A program made the position numbers and the translations under genes. A DNA stretch of 64,000 nt from Pseudomonadota bacterium (GTDB lineage Bacteria > Pseudomonadota > Gammaproteobacteria > Burkholderiales > JBEEJL01). The stretch covers positions 16,932 to 80,931 of the forward strand of contig JAYTVC010000014.1 in NCBI GenBank assembly GCA_043744215.1, read 5' to 3'. Shown here piece after piece: positions 51,912 through 60,570 of this stretch. Position 1 is the stretch's first letter; every line of letters starts with the position of its first letter. The notes under the pieces are model-generated. The model did not search any database. It had not been told where the DNA came from and worked only from the letters and a program-made list of their open reading frames with translations.

Positions 51912-52706
51912 ATGCTCACCCACCCGCAATTTGATCCCGTCGCCGTACAACTCGGCCCCCTCGCCATCCGCTGGTACGGCTTGATGTATGTGCTGGCCTT
52001 CGCCATGTTTTGGTTTATGGGGCGCTATCGCATTCGCAAAAACGCCAGCGGCGATTTTAACGAAACGCAATTAGAAGACATGCTGTTTTACGGCGTGCTC
52101 GGCGTGATTCTTGGCGGGCGATTGGGGTATGTTTTGTTTTACAAATTCTCGTACTACCTCGCGCACCCGCTGGAAATTTTTATGGTGTGGCAGGGCGGCA
52201 TGTCGTTTCACGGTGGATTCCTCGGCGTATTTTTTGCCATGTGGTGGTTTGCGCGCAAAAGTGGCAAGCACTGGATGCAAGTCACCGATTTTGTGACGCC
52301 GCTCGTGCCGCTCGGTTATGCGGCCGGGCGGATGGGAAATTTTATCAACGGCGAATTGCCCGGACGCATCACCGATGTGCCATGGGGTATGTGGTTTCCG
52401 CAGGTGGATAAACTGCAAACCATTCGCCACCCGTCGCAGCTTTATCAATTCGCGTTGGACGGCGTGTGCCTGTTTATCATAATGTGGCTGTTCTCGCGCA
52501 AACCGCGACCGATGGGCGCGGTGTCGGGATTATTTTTGATCGGCTACGGCACATTTCGCATCATCACCGAATTCGCGCGCGAACCGGACGACTTTCTCGG
52601 CTTTCTCGCGCTCGGATTATCGATGGGGCAATGGTTGAGCGTGCCGATGATGATTGCCGGCATCGCGATGATGGTGTGGGCGTATCGCGCGGGGCGTGAG
52701 GCGTGA
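51912..52706 (+). CDS. lgt: Prolipoprotein diacylglyceryl transferase
   Basis: 264 aa. IRWYGLMY and [11 protein letters not shown] motifs. The last codons and the stop lie in the heptamer array. Confidence 0.93.
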   Translation: MLTHPQFDPVAVQLGPLAIRWYGLMYVLAFAMFWFMGRYRIRKNASGDFNETQLEDMLFYGVLGVILGGRLGYVLFYKFSYYLAHPLEIFMVWQGGMSFHGGFLGVFFAMWWFARKSGKHWMQVTDFVTPLVPLGYAAGRMGNFINGELPGRITDVPWGMWFPQVDKLQTIRHPSQLYQFALDGVCLFIIMWLFSRKPRPMGAVSGLFLIGYGTFRIITEFAREPDDFLGFLALGLSMGQWLSVPMMIAGIAMMVWAYRAGREA

Positions 52707-52839
52707 GGCGTGAGGCGTGAGGCGTGAGGCGTGAGGCGTGAGGCGTTAGGCGTTAGGCGTTAGGCGTTAGGCGTTAGGCGCTAGGCGCTAGGCGCTAGGC
52801 GTTAGGCGTTAGGCGTTAGGCGTTAGGCGTTAGGCGTTT
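52693..52839 (+). repeat. Heptanucleotide tandem array, 21 units in 4 blocks
   Basis: GGCGTGA x7, GGCGTTA x5, GGCGCTA x3, GGCGTTA x5, plus one GGCGTTT. That is 147 bp with no gaps. Confidence 0.95.
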
Positions 52840-52867
52840 GTAACTTATTGATTATAATGAATTTTTT
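52840..52867 (-). repeat. AT-rich IHF-core motif (copy k)
   Basis: Reverse complement is AAAAAATTCATTATAATCAATAAGTTAC. It abuts the heptamer array and lies 57 nt upstream of tRNA-Ala. Confidence 0.7.
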
Positions 52868-52924
52868 TATAAAAGCGCAACATTAAAACCTGCGCTGCAA
52901 TTGTCTTTTCGCATCACAAATTGT

Positions 52925-53000
<76 letters not shown>

Positions 53001-53030
53001 TGCTTAGGCGCCATTCAAAATCGTTCAGAT

Positions 53031-54167
53031 TCACAAAACGGCCAAGCGCCAAAGCGTCGTCACTTCCTGTGCCCGCGCTCGGTGCAGCGGGTCGGACGCA
53101 TCGGTTACGCGGGGATGATGGGGTTTGATATCCGTTCGTCCCGCCACTTTTAATCCTGCCGCTTCAAACATCGCCAACAATTCTTCGCGCGTGCGCAAAC
53201 CCAGATGTTCGGCCAGATCGGAGAGGATGAGCCAGGCTTCGCCGTTTGTTTCGAGGTGCGCCGCCACGCCGCTTAAAAATCCGCGCAGCATTTTACTGTC
53301 GGTGTCGTAGATGGCGTGTTCGATGGGCGAACTGGGGCGGGCGGGTAGCCAGGGCGGGTTGCAGACGATGAGCGGCGCGCGGCCTTCTGGAAATAGGTCG
53401 GCCTGAATGATTTCAATCTGTTCATTTAAATGTAAGCGCGCGATATTTTCGCGTGCGCAATTGAGTGCGCGCGGGTCCTGGTCGGTGGCGATAATTTTTT
53501 TCACGCCGCGTTTCGCCAGCACAGCGGCGAGCACGCCGGTGCCGGTGCCAATGTCGAAGGCGAGTTCAGTTGAGGGCAATGTTGCGTCGGCAACTACACT
53601 CACATACTCGCTGCGAATGGGCGCAAACACACCGTAGTGGGGATGAATTTTTTCGCCCAGCGCGGGGACTTCGACGCCTTTTTTGCGCCACTCATGGGCG
53701 CCTACCAAACCTTGCAATTCGCGCAACGACACGACTGACGCAGTTTCAGCCGTGCCGTAAGCCTCATTGCACGCTTGCGCCACATCGGGCGCGCGGCGCA
53801 GCGGGACGATGTAATTCACGTCAAGCGGCAGCAACAGCATATTCAAAATGCGCGCCCGTTGCGATTGCGCTTGCCGGTGCAAGTGAAACGCTTCGGCGGC
53901 TGATGGCTCAGATTTTTTTGCTGCTTTTTTTCGCGGCGGCCGATCAATCCGCCTCGCCAGCGCTTGCAACAATTGCCGCGCATTCTGAAAATCGCTTCGC
54001 CATAACATCGCGGTGCCTTCGCAGGCCAAATGGTAAGCGGCGGCGGCGGTGATCGTGTCATCGGCGATGACGACGCGCCTGGGTGGCGCTACGCCCGCTT
54101 CCGAACGCCAGCGGGCGGATTTCGCTTCGCCTGCTTCAGTCCAGTGAAGCCATGGAATAGCCGTCAT
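53031..54167 (-). CDS. Class I SAM-dependent methyltransferase (small-MTase domain, NPPW motif) with unassigned N-terminal domain
   Basis: 378 aa. The C-terminal half has DIGTGTGVLA (motif I) and CNPPWLP (motif IV, HemK/RsmC-like). The N-terminal ~170 aa are not recognised. Confidence 0.65.
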   Translation of the reverse strand: MTAIPWLHWTEAGEAKSARWRSEAGVAPPRRVVIADDTITAAAAYHLACEGTAMLWRSDFQNARQLLQALARRIDRPPRKKAAKKSEPSAAEAFHLHRQAQSQRARILNMLLLPLDVNYIVPLRRAPDVAQACNEAYGTAETASVVSLRELQGLVGAHEWRKKGVEVPALGEKIHPHYGVFAPIRSEYVSVVADATLPSTELAFDIGTGTGVLAAVLAKRGVKKIIATDQDPRALNCARENIARLHLNEQIEIIQADLFPEGRAPLIVCNPPWLPARPSSPIEHAIYDTDSKMLRGFLSGVAAHLETNGEAWLILSDLAEHLGLRTREELLAMFEAAGLKVAGRTDIKPHHPRVTDASDPLHRARAQEVTTLWRLAVL

Positions 54168-54241
54168 GATCGATATCGCCGTTTGGAAAATAAAAATGAA
54201 AACGCCGCTTCGAGAGCGGCGCTTTTACATTATCATTATGC

Positions 54242-54270
54242 AAAATTATTGTTAATAATCAAATAGTTAT
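54242..54270 (+). repeat. AT-rich IHF-core motif (copy l)
   Basis: AAAATTATTGTTAATAATCAAATAGTTAT, 2 nt from the tRNA-His 3' end. Confidence 0.7.
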
Positions 54271-54272
54271 GA

Positions 54273-54348
54273 TGGGGTGGCTGATGGGGTTCGAACCCAC
54301 GACAACTGGAATCACAATCCAGGACTCTACCGCTGAGCTACAGCCACC
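54273..54348 (-). tRNA. tRNA-His (anticodon GTG)
   Basis: The reverse strand reads GGTGGCTGTAGCTCAGCGGTAGAGTCCTGGATTGTGATTCCAG...CAGCCACCCCA, with the extra 5' G(-1) typical of tRNA-His. Confidence 0.9.
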
Positions 54349-54396
54349 ACTGAAAGTTTTTCGAAGCAAAACTCGTCATCTTCGAGCGTCGGTCAC

Positions 54397-54473
54397 TGGC
54401 GTGCCCGACAGGAATCGAACCTGCAACCCCCAGCTTAGAAGGCTGGTGCTCTATCCGGTTGAGCTACGGGCAC
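54397..54473 (-). tRNA. tRNA-Arg (anticodon TCT)
   Basis: Reverse strand: acceptor GTGCCCG/CGGGCAC, anticodon loop CTTCTAA, T-loop TTCGATT, CCA. Confidence 0.9.
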
Positions 54474-54486
54474 AATTCATAATGAT

Positions 54487-54563
54487 TGGTCGGGGTGGAG
54501 AGATTTGAACTCCCGACATCCTGCTCCCAAAGCAGGCGCGCTACCAGGCTACGCTACACCCCG
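54487..54563 (-). tRNA. tRNA-Pro (anticodon TGG)
   Basis: Reverse strand: acceptor CGGGGTG/CACCCCG, anticodon loop TTTGGGA, T-loop TTCAAAT, CCA. Confidence 0.9.
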
Positions 54564-54832
54564 AAGGATGGCAGTTTACAGGGCGGGGGCGAAGCGGTCA
54601 ATTTATCGGGCGGAAAGTTATGTTCGGTCCATCGGCAATCCGCCAAAAAATCAGTCGATTGCAAACGTAACCGAAGCTGATTGATCGGCCATTTTCGCTG
54701 TAGCACAACGTGACACTTGTCTGCTTTTGCCACATGGTTGCAACACCGAATACCGCGCCAGACGCGACGCCCACACTTGCGCCAACAGAAGAAATTGTTG
54801 CAATCAAGCCCTTATTCCCATTGATAATTTCG

Positions 54833-54848
54833 TGGCATGTAACTTGCT
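54833..54848 (+). promoter_or_regulatory. Candidate sigma54 (-24/-12) promoter of the aor operon
   Basis: TGGCATgtaacTTGCT compared with consensus TGGCAC-N5-TTGCW, with correct GG-N10-GC spacing. It lies ~57 nt upstream of the aorA ATG. An IHF-core match AATCAAGCCCTTA sits at 54802-54814. Confidence 0.5.
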
Positions 54849-54904
54849 TTTTTGATTTATAGATTTATCCATAACAACACTTCAAATTTTTCCCAGGAGG
54901 AAAC

Positions 54905-55378
54905 ATGCAAAAGTCGCTACACATCGACGCAGCCAAATGCACCGGCTGCCTTCAGTGCGAGATGGCCTGTTCTTACGAAAACGAAAGCGTTTTCAACACG
55001 TCCAAATCACGCATCAAAGTATTCAACTTTCACCATGAAGGCCGCAATGTCCCGTACACCTGCACCCAGTGCGCGGAAGCCTGGTGCCTGCATGCGTGCC
55101 CGGTTGAGGCCATCAAACTTGATGCCAATACCGGCGCGAAAATTATTCTCGATGACGTGTGCGTGGGCTGCAAAGTCTGCACCATCGCCTGCCCCTTTGG
55201 CACGGTGAACTACAACCACGACACCGGCAAAGTAATGAAGTGCGACTTGTGCGGCGGCGACCCGGCCTGCGCCCAGGCTTGCCCCACCGGCGCGATTACC
55301 TACATCGATTCAGACTGGACCGGCCTCGACAAAATGCGTCAATGGGCGCAAAAGCTCGACACCGCAGCCCACGCTTAA
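54905..55378 (+). CDS. aorA: Poly-ferredoxin-like 4Fe-4S electron-transfer subunit (AorA-like)
   Basis: 157 aa with four CxxCxxCxxxC(P)-type cluster motifs and RBS AGGAGG. It is the first gene of the AOR operon. Confidence 0.7.
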   Translation: MQKSLHIDAAKCTGCLQCEMACSYENESVFNTSKSRIKVFNFHHEGRNVPYTCTQCAEAWCLHACPVEAIKLDANTGAKIILDDVCVGCKVCTIACPFGTVNYNHDTGKVMKCDLCGGDPACAQACPTGAITYIDSDWTGLDKMRQWAQKLDTAAHA

Positions 55379-55405
55379 TCGAATAACTCACTAGGAGAAA
55401 ACATC

Positions 55406-57250
55406 ATGGGTTGGACTAAAAAAGTTCTGCGCGTAAACCTCACCAACGGCACCTGTAAAGTCGAGCCGCTCAATATGCAATGGGCCGACCAATATCTGGG
55501 CCAGCGTGGTTTGGCGACCAAATATTTTGTCAGCGAAGTCAGCCCTAAGGTTGACCCGTTGTCACCCGACAACAAATTGATTTTCGCCACGGGCCCCCTC
55601 ACGGGCACCATGGCTTCCACCGGCGGACGTTACTCCGTTATCACCAAAGGCCCGCTGACGGGCGCGATTGCCTGCTCCAATTCCGGCGGCTACTTCGGCG
55701 CGGAATTGAAAATGGCCGGCTGGGATATGGTGATCCTTGAAGGCAAATCGGCCAAGCCGGTTTACTTACACATCGAGAACGACAAGGCCGAATTGCTTGA
55801 CGCCTCGTGGCTGTGGGGCAAAACCGTGTGGGACACGGAAGGCCTGTTGAAACAAAAGCATCAAAACCCGCAAATGCGCGTGTCATCCATCGGCCGCGCC
55901 GGTGAAAATGGCAACCTCTACGCGGCAGTGGTCAACGACTTGCATCGCGCCGCCGGCCGTTCAGGCGTGGGCACCGTGATGGGCTCAAAAAACCTGAAAG
56001 CCATTTGCGTGCGCGGCACCAAAGGCGTGGCAGTGAAAGACGGCAAAGGCTTCATGGCTGCCGCTACTGCAGCCAAGAAAGTGCTGGCAGACAATGCCGT
56101 AACCGGCCAGGGTTTGCCCAAGTTCGGCACGCAAGTGCTGATGAACGTGATTAACGAAATGGGCGCATCGCCCACCCGCAATCACCGCGACAACCAGTTT
56201 GAAGGCGGCTCGAAAATCTCTGCTGAAGCCATGGCAGAAAAGCGTCCCACCGACGGCAAATCCAATCTGGTCACCAACCAAGCTTGCTTCGGTTGCACCA
56301 TTGCTTGCGGTCGCATTTCCAAAATCGACGAGACGCACTTCTCGGTGAAGAACAGCCCGAAATACTGGGGCGCGTCTGGCGGTCTGGAATACGAAGCGGC
56401 GTGGGCCCTGGGTTGCGCCAACGGTGTGGATGATCTCGAAGCCCTCACCTACGCCAACTTCATTTGCAACGAAGACGGATTCGACCCCATCTCCTTCGGC
56501 GCAACGGTCGGCGCGGTGATGGAGTTGTACGAAATGGGTGTGATCACGGAAAAAGAAATGGGCGTCAAAGCCCCCTTCGGTTCCGCTGAAGCGTTGGTGA
56601 AATTTGTCGAGATGACCGCCGCCGGCGAAGGCTTCGGCAAAATCATCGGCTTAGGCTCCAAACGTTTGTGCGAGAAGTACGGCCATCCGGAACTCTCCAT
56701 GTCGGTTAAAGGCCAGGAATTCCCTGCTTACGACGGACGCGCCATTCAAGGTATCGGCTTAGCCTACGCCACTTCCAACCGTGGTGCCTGCCATTTACGC
56801 GGCTACACGATTGCATCTGAAGTGCTGGGCATTCCAGTGAAAACCGACCCTGTCGCCACCGAAGGCAAGGCCGAGTTAGTCAAAGCTTTTCAAGACGCTA
56901 CCGCCGTGTTTGACTCAGCAGGTATCTGCGTATTCACCACCTTCGCTTGGACATTAGCCGACCTGCAGCCGCAACTGCAAGCCGGTGTTCTCGGTGACTG
57001 GTCAATGGATAAGCTCAATGTTGTAGGCGAGCGCATCTGGAACATGGAGCGCGAATTCAACAACGCGGCTGGCTTTACTGCTAAAGACGACACATTGCCT
57101 AAGCGCCTGTTGACGGAAGCGTGCAAGACCGGCGGCTCCAAAGGCAAAGTGAATGAGCTGGGCAAAATGCTGCCGCAATACTACGCAGTGCGCGGCTGGA
57201 CGCCAGAAGGCACGCTCACCGCTGCGACCAAGCAGCGACTCGGCCTGTAA
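55406..57250 (+). CDS. aorB: Tungsten-pterin aldehyde:ferredoxin oxidoreductase family catalytic subunit (AorB-like)
   Basis: 614 aa. The N-terminus (MGWTKKVLRVNLTNG...YLGQRGL) and the GLEYEAAWALG and CxxxC...C cluster regions are typical of the AOR family. Confidence 0.85.
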   Translation: MGWTKKVLRVNLTNGTCKVEPLNMQWADQYLGQRGLATKYFVSEVSPKVDPLSPDNKLIFATGPLTGTMASTGGRYSVITKGPLTGAIACSNSGGYFGAELKMAGWDMVILEGKSAKPVYLHIENDKAELLDASWLWGKTVWDTEGLLKQKHQNPQMRVSSIGRAGENGNLYAAVVNDLHRAAGRSGVGTVMGSKNLKAICVRGTKGVAVKDGKGFMAAATAAKKVLADNAVTGQGLPKFGTQVLMNVINEMGASPTRNHRDNQFEGGSKISAEAMAEKRPTDGKSNLVTNQACFGCTIACGRISKIDETHFSVKNSPKYWGASGGLEYEAAWALGCANGVDDLEALTYANFICNEDGFDPISFGATVGAVMELYEMGVITEKEMGVKAPFGSAEALVKFVEMTAAGEGFGKIIGLGSKRLCEKYGHPELSMSVKGQEFPAYDGRAIQGIGLAYATSNRGACHLRGYTIASEVLGIPVKTDPVATEGKAELVKAFQDATAVFDSAGICVFTTFAWTLADLQPQLQAGVLGDWSMDKLNVVGERIWNMEREFNNAAGFTAKDDTLPKRLLTEACKTGGSKGKVNELGKMLPQYYAVRGWTPEGTLTAATKQRLGL

Positions 57251-57289
57251 TCACGATGTAACCGCAAATTTTGCGGATGCTTCAATCGA

Positions 57290-57323
57290 CAGGGGCGGCT
57301 TATCACCGCCCCTGTTGTTTTAT
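57290..57323 (+). terminator. Strong GC hairpin + T-rich tail between aorB and aorC (attenuator/partial terminator candidate)
   Basis: CAGGGGCGG-cttatca-CCGCCCCTG-TTGTTTTAT. A second small hairpin, ACCGCAAATTTTGCGG, is at 57261-57276. Confidence 0.5.
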
Positions 57324-57358
57324 AATGCTGCCATAACAAATTCCTGAGGAGATAAAGC

Positions 57359-58627
57359 ATGAACTACGTCATTATCGGCAACGGCCCCACCGGCGTCATC
57401 GCCGCCGAAACTTTGCGCAAGACCGACCCAGCCGGCAACATCACCATGATCGGCAGCGAAGCCGAGCCGCCCTACTCGCGCATGGCGATTCCTTATTTGC
57501 TTATCGGCAACATTAAAGAAGAAGGCACGCATTTACGCAAAGGCGCGAATCATTTCGCGCAACTCAAAATCAACAACGTCGTCGGCAAAGTGAGCAAAGT
57601 CGATACCGCCGCGAAAAAAGTCACGCTCGAATCCGGCGCATCGCACAGCTATGACAAACTGCTTATCGCTTCCGGCTCGCATCCGGTTGCGCCGCCGATT
57701 CCCGGCATTGATTTACCTGGCATACATCCATGCTGGACGCTGGCTGACGCGCGCAAAATCATGGCCGAAGCCAAACCCGGCGCGCGCGTGTTGCAAATGG
57801 GCGCGGGCTTTATCGGCTGCATCATTATGGAATCACTCGCCGCGCGTGGCGTAAAACTCACCGTGGTAGAAATGGGCGACCGCATGGTGCCGCGCATGAT
57901 GACCGAAGGCGCAGGCACCATGATCAAGCAATGGTGCGAGAAAAAAGGCGTGGCCGTGCACACAGGCGCGAAAGTCAATTCGATTGAAAAATCCGCCGAT
58001 GGCGCATTGCAGGCCAACCTCAGCACTGGGCAAAAAATCGTCGCCGATGTCATCATCAGCGCCACTGGCGTAAAACCCAACACGGCGTTTCTGCAAGGCA
58101 CCGACGTGAAAATGGCCGCTGGTGTATTGGTCAACGACAAAATGCAAACCAATGTCGCCGACGTTTACGCAGCGGGCGACGTGGCCGAAGCAAAAGATTT
58201 TTCTACCGACAAAACGCTGGTCAACGCCATTCAACCCAACGCCGCAGACCAGGCACGCATCGCCGCGCTCAACATGGCAGGCAAGCCGACCACATCACAA
58301 GGCAGTCTCGCTATCAACGTGCTCGATACACTCGGCTTGATTTCATCCTCGTTCGGCAGATGGTGGGGCGCGGAAGGCGGACAGTCGGTGGAATTAAAAG
58401 ATAACGCCAATTTCAAATACATGCATCTTGAATTCAAAGACGACGTATTGGTCGGCGCGACCAGTGTCGGCCTCACGCAACATGTCGGCGTGTTGCGCGG
58501 CTTGATCCAAACACAAACCAAACTCGGCCCGTGGAAAGACGCGCTGCTCAAAGACCCGACGCGTGTGATGGAAGCCTACCTCGCGCGCGCACAGTCAGCC
58601 ACCAACATTAAAAAAATCGGCGCATGA
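57359..58627 (+). CDS. aorC: FAD-dependent pyridine nucleotide-disulfide oxidoreductase-family subunit (AorC-like)
   Basis: 422 aa with two Rossmann motifs (VIIGNGPTG and LQMGAGFIG). Confidence 0.7.
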   Translation: MNYVIIGNGPTGVIAAETLRKTDPAGNITMIGSEAEPPYSRMAIPYLLIGNIKEEGTHLRKGANHFAQLKINNVVGKVSKVDTAAKKVTLESGASHSYDKLLIASGSHPVAPPIPGIDLPGIHPCWTLADARKIMAEAKPGARVLQMGAGFIGCIIMESLAARGVKLTVVEMGDRMVPRMMTEGAGTMIKQWCEKKGVAVHTGAKVNSIEKSADGALQANLSTGQKIVADVIISATGVKPNTAFLQGTDVKMAAGVLVNDKMQTNVADVYAAGDVAEAKDFSTDKTLVNAIQPNAADQARIAALNMAGKPTTSQGSLAINVLDTLGLISSSFGRWWGAEGGQSVELKDNANFKYMHLEFKDDVLVGATSVGLTQHVGVLRGLIQTQTKLGPWKDALLKDPTRVMEAYLARAQSATNIKKIGA

Positions 58628-58875
58628 AAATCCGGCTGAAACTCTACGCCATGTTGACGGATTTTTTGCCGCAACCAGCAGTGCGCAATGAAGTCACCAT
58701 CGACATCGACGAACGCATGACGATCGATCAAGTGATCGATCGTCATAAGTTGCCGCCGGAATGGGTGCACCTGGTGCTGCTCAACGGCGTGTATGTCTAT
58801 CCACTGGAACGGCACACGACCGTACTCAAAGAAGGCGACGCACTGGCCATCTGGCCACCGATTGCGGGGGGGTGA
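58624..58875 (+). CDS. aorD: MoaD/ThiS-family small sulfur-carrier-like protein (AorD-like)
   Basis: 83 aa with a beta-grasp-like sequence ending in GG. It overlaps the aorC stop by 4 nt. Confidence 0.65.
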   Translation: MKIRLKLYAMLTDFLPQPAVRNEVTIDIDERMTIDQVIDRHKLPPEWVHLVLLNGVYVYPLERHTTVLKEGDALAIWPPIAGG

Positions 58876-58979
58876 TAGGTGCGCGACAGATTACTGCGTG
58901 CTATTTTTATGCGGCAGTGAGTTATACTTTTGCAATAAATAGCATTGTATTTTCTTGGTTTTTAGGAATATTTCCAAAA

Positions 58980-59007
58980 AAAATATTTAATAAAATCAAT
59001 ATGTTAT
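58980..59007 (+). repeat. AT-rich IHF-core motif (copy m)
   Basis: AAAATATTTAATAAAATCAATATGTTAT, in the AT-rich gap between aorD and the R-M pair. Confidence 0.7.
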
Positions 59008-59103
59008 TAAAATTATGATAAAAATATGCATCTCAACAACCCAAACACCCGCTATTTTTCGGGTGCCTACTTTTAGCTAGAGAGCATATCAGGAGGCGCG
59101 ACA

Positions 59104-60570
59104 TTGCTATCAGTTGTTGAACAAACCCGTTTGAAAGTGTCAGAACGAACCGACGCGAAGAAGAAATCGCTGCTCGGGCAATTTCTTACGCCTGCAAACA
59201 CGGCCTCATTCATGGCAGGGCTTTTCCCCGCGTCAAGCGGTGAATGCAGTCTGCTGGATGCTGGGGCGGGGATTGGCTCTCTATCGAGCGCATTTCTTGA
59301 AACGTGCGTAACTGGAAAACTAAACTTCAAAAAAATACATCTAAAAGCATTTGAGCTTGATGATTCCATACATGGCGAACTTCAGCACTGTCTTTCTTCT
59401 TATCTTCAAAAATGCAATTTCTCATTTGAAGTGATTGGAAATGATTTTATAGAGGAAGCAGTTAATACAATTCAATTTCAAAAATACAATTTCACCCACG
59501 CGATACTGAATCCGCCTTACAAAAAAATCGGAAGCAATTCAAGTTACCGCTTGCTTCTTCGTGAGGCCGGAATTGAAACCGTCAATCTTTATTCCGCCTT
59601 TGTGGCGCTGGCCGTGGCAATGGCAGCACCAGGCGGACAGGTCGTGGCGATCATTCCGCGGAGCTTCTGCAATGGGCCGTATTATCGCCCGTTCCGTGAC
59701 TTCATCCTTGAGCGTGCAGCCATCCGGCACATGCACTTGTTCGGATCCCGTAGCAAGGCATTCAAAGATGATGAAGTTCTGCAAGAGAACATCATCATTC
59801 GGCTAGAGTGTGGCGGCCAGCAAGGACCGGTAACGGTTTCCACATCAACGGACGACAACTTTTTAGACCTTGAAACCTATGAACACCAGTTCGACCGAAT
59901 AGTGTTCCCGGACGACTCCGAGCGGTTTATTCATGTGCCTATTTTGGCCGAAACATCCACCGCGTTATCCCCGATCATTCGTCATACGCTAACCGATCTT
60001 GGCATCAAGGTTTCGACAGGGCCGGTAGTCGATTTTCGACTGAAAGAGCATCTACGCGACATGCCAGAACTCGGCACTGCTCCCTTGCTTTACCCCGGTC
60101 ATTTCAGCAGCAACGCCACAACCTGGCCGCAAGCTGGCATGAAGAAGCCGAACGCGATCCTGCGCAACAGTGATACCGAAAAATGGTTGTATCCAAACGG
60201 CTATTATTGCGTGGTACGCCGCTTTTCATCGAAGGAAGAAAAGCGGCGGGTAGTGGCGGGCGTGGTTGCCCCTGATTCATTTGACGGTGCGACCATGTTG
60301 GGCTTCGAGAACCATCTAAATCTGTTCCATGAAAACAAACGTGGCTTGCCGCAAGCGTTGGCGCGTGGGCTTGCCGTATTCCTGAATTCGACCATCGTTG
60401 ACGACAATTTCAGGCGGTTTAGCGGGCATACGCAGGTCAACGCAACCGACCTCAAACAGATAAAGTACCCAAGTCGCGCCGCCCTGATTGAGCTTGGAGA
60501 ATGGGCGATGCAACAAGGCGAACTCACGCAAACACTGATTGATAGCAAGTTACGAACTCTCACCGCATGA
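59104..60570 (+). CDS. N6-adenine DNA methyltransferase (gamma-class, Eco57I/PstI-type M subunit)
   Basis: 488 aa. Motif I LDAGAGIGSL precedes motif IV ILNPPYKK. The TTG start is 7 nt after AGGAGG. Confidence 0.8.
   Translation: MLSVVEQTRLKVSERTDAKKKSLLGQFLTPANTASFMAGLFPASSGECSLLDAGAGIGSLSSAFLETCVTGKLNFKKIHLKAFELDDSIHGELQHCLSSYLQKCNFSFEVIGNDFIEEAVNTIQFQKYNFTHAILNPPYKKIGSNSSYRLLLREAGIETVNLYSAFVALAVAMAAPGGQVVAIIPRSFCNGPYYRPFRDFILERAAIRHMHLFGSRSKAFKDDEVLQENIIIRLECGGQQGPVTVSTSTDDNFLDLETYEHQFDRIVFPDDSERFIHVPILAETSTALSPIIRHTLTDLGIKVSTGPVVDFRLKEHLRDMPELGTAPLLYPGHFSSNATTWPQAGMKKPNAILRNSDTEKWLYPNGYYCVVRRFSSKEEKRRVVAGVVAPDSFDGATMLGFENHLNLFHENKRGLPQALARGLAVFLNSTIVDDNFRRFSGHTQVNATDLKQIKYPSRAALIELGEWAMQQGELTQTLIDSKLRTLTA

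Noticed and set aside
52693-52839. The tandem arrays at 52693-52839 and 49166-49210 considered as CRISPR, and TTAGGC(G) considered as a telomere-like repeat.
   Set aside because: The units are 7 and 12 bp with no spacers, and there are no cas genes. The resemblance to the nematode TTAGGC telomere hexamer is coincidental, because the period here is 7 and the context is a bacterial intergenic region.
54598-54807. 69-aa ORF on the minus strand between tRNA-Pro and the aor operon.
   Set aside because: It has no RBS and no motif. The region is better explained as the regulatory upstream region of the sigma54-type aor promoter.
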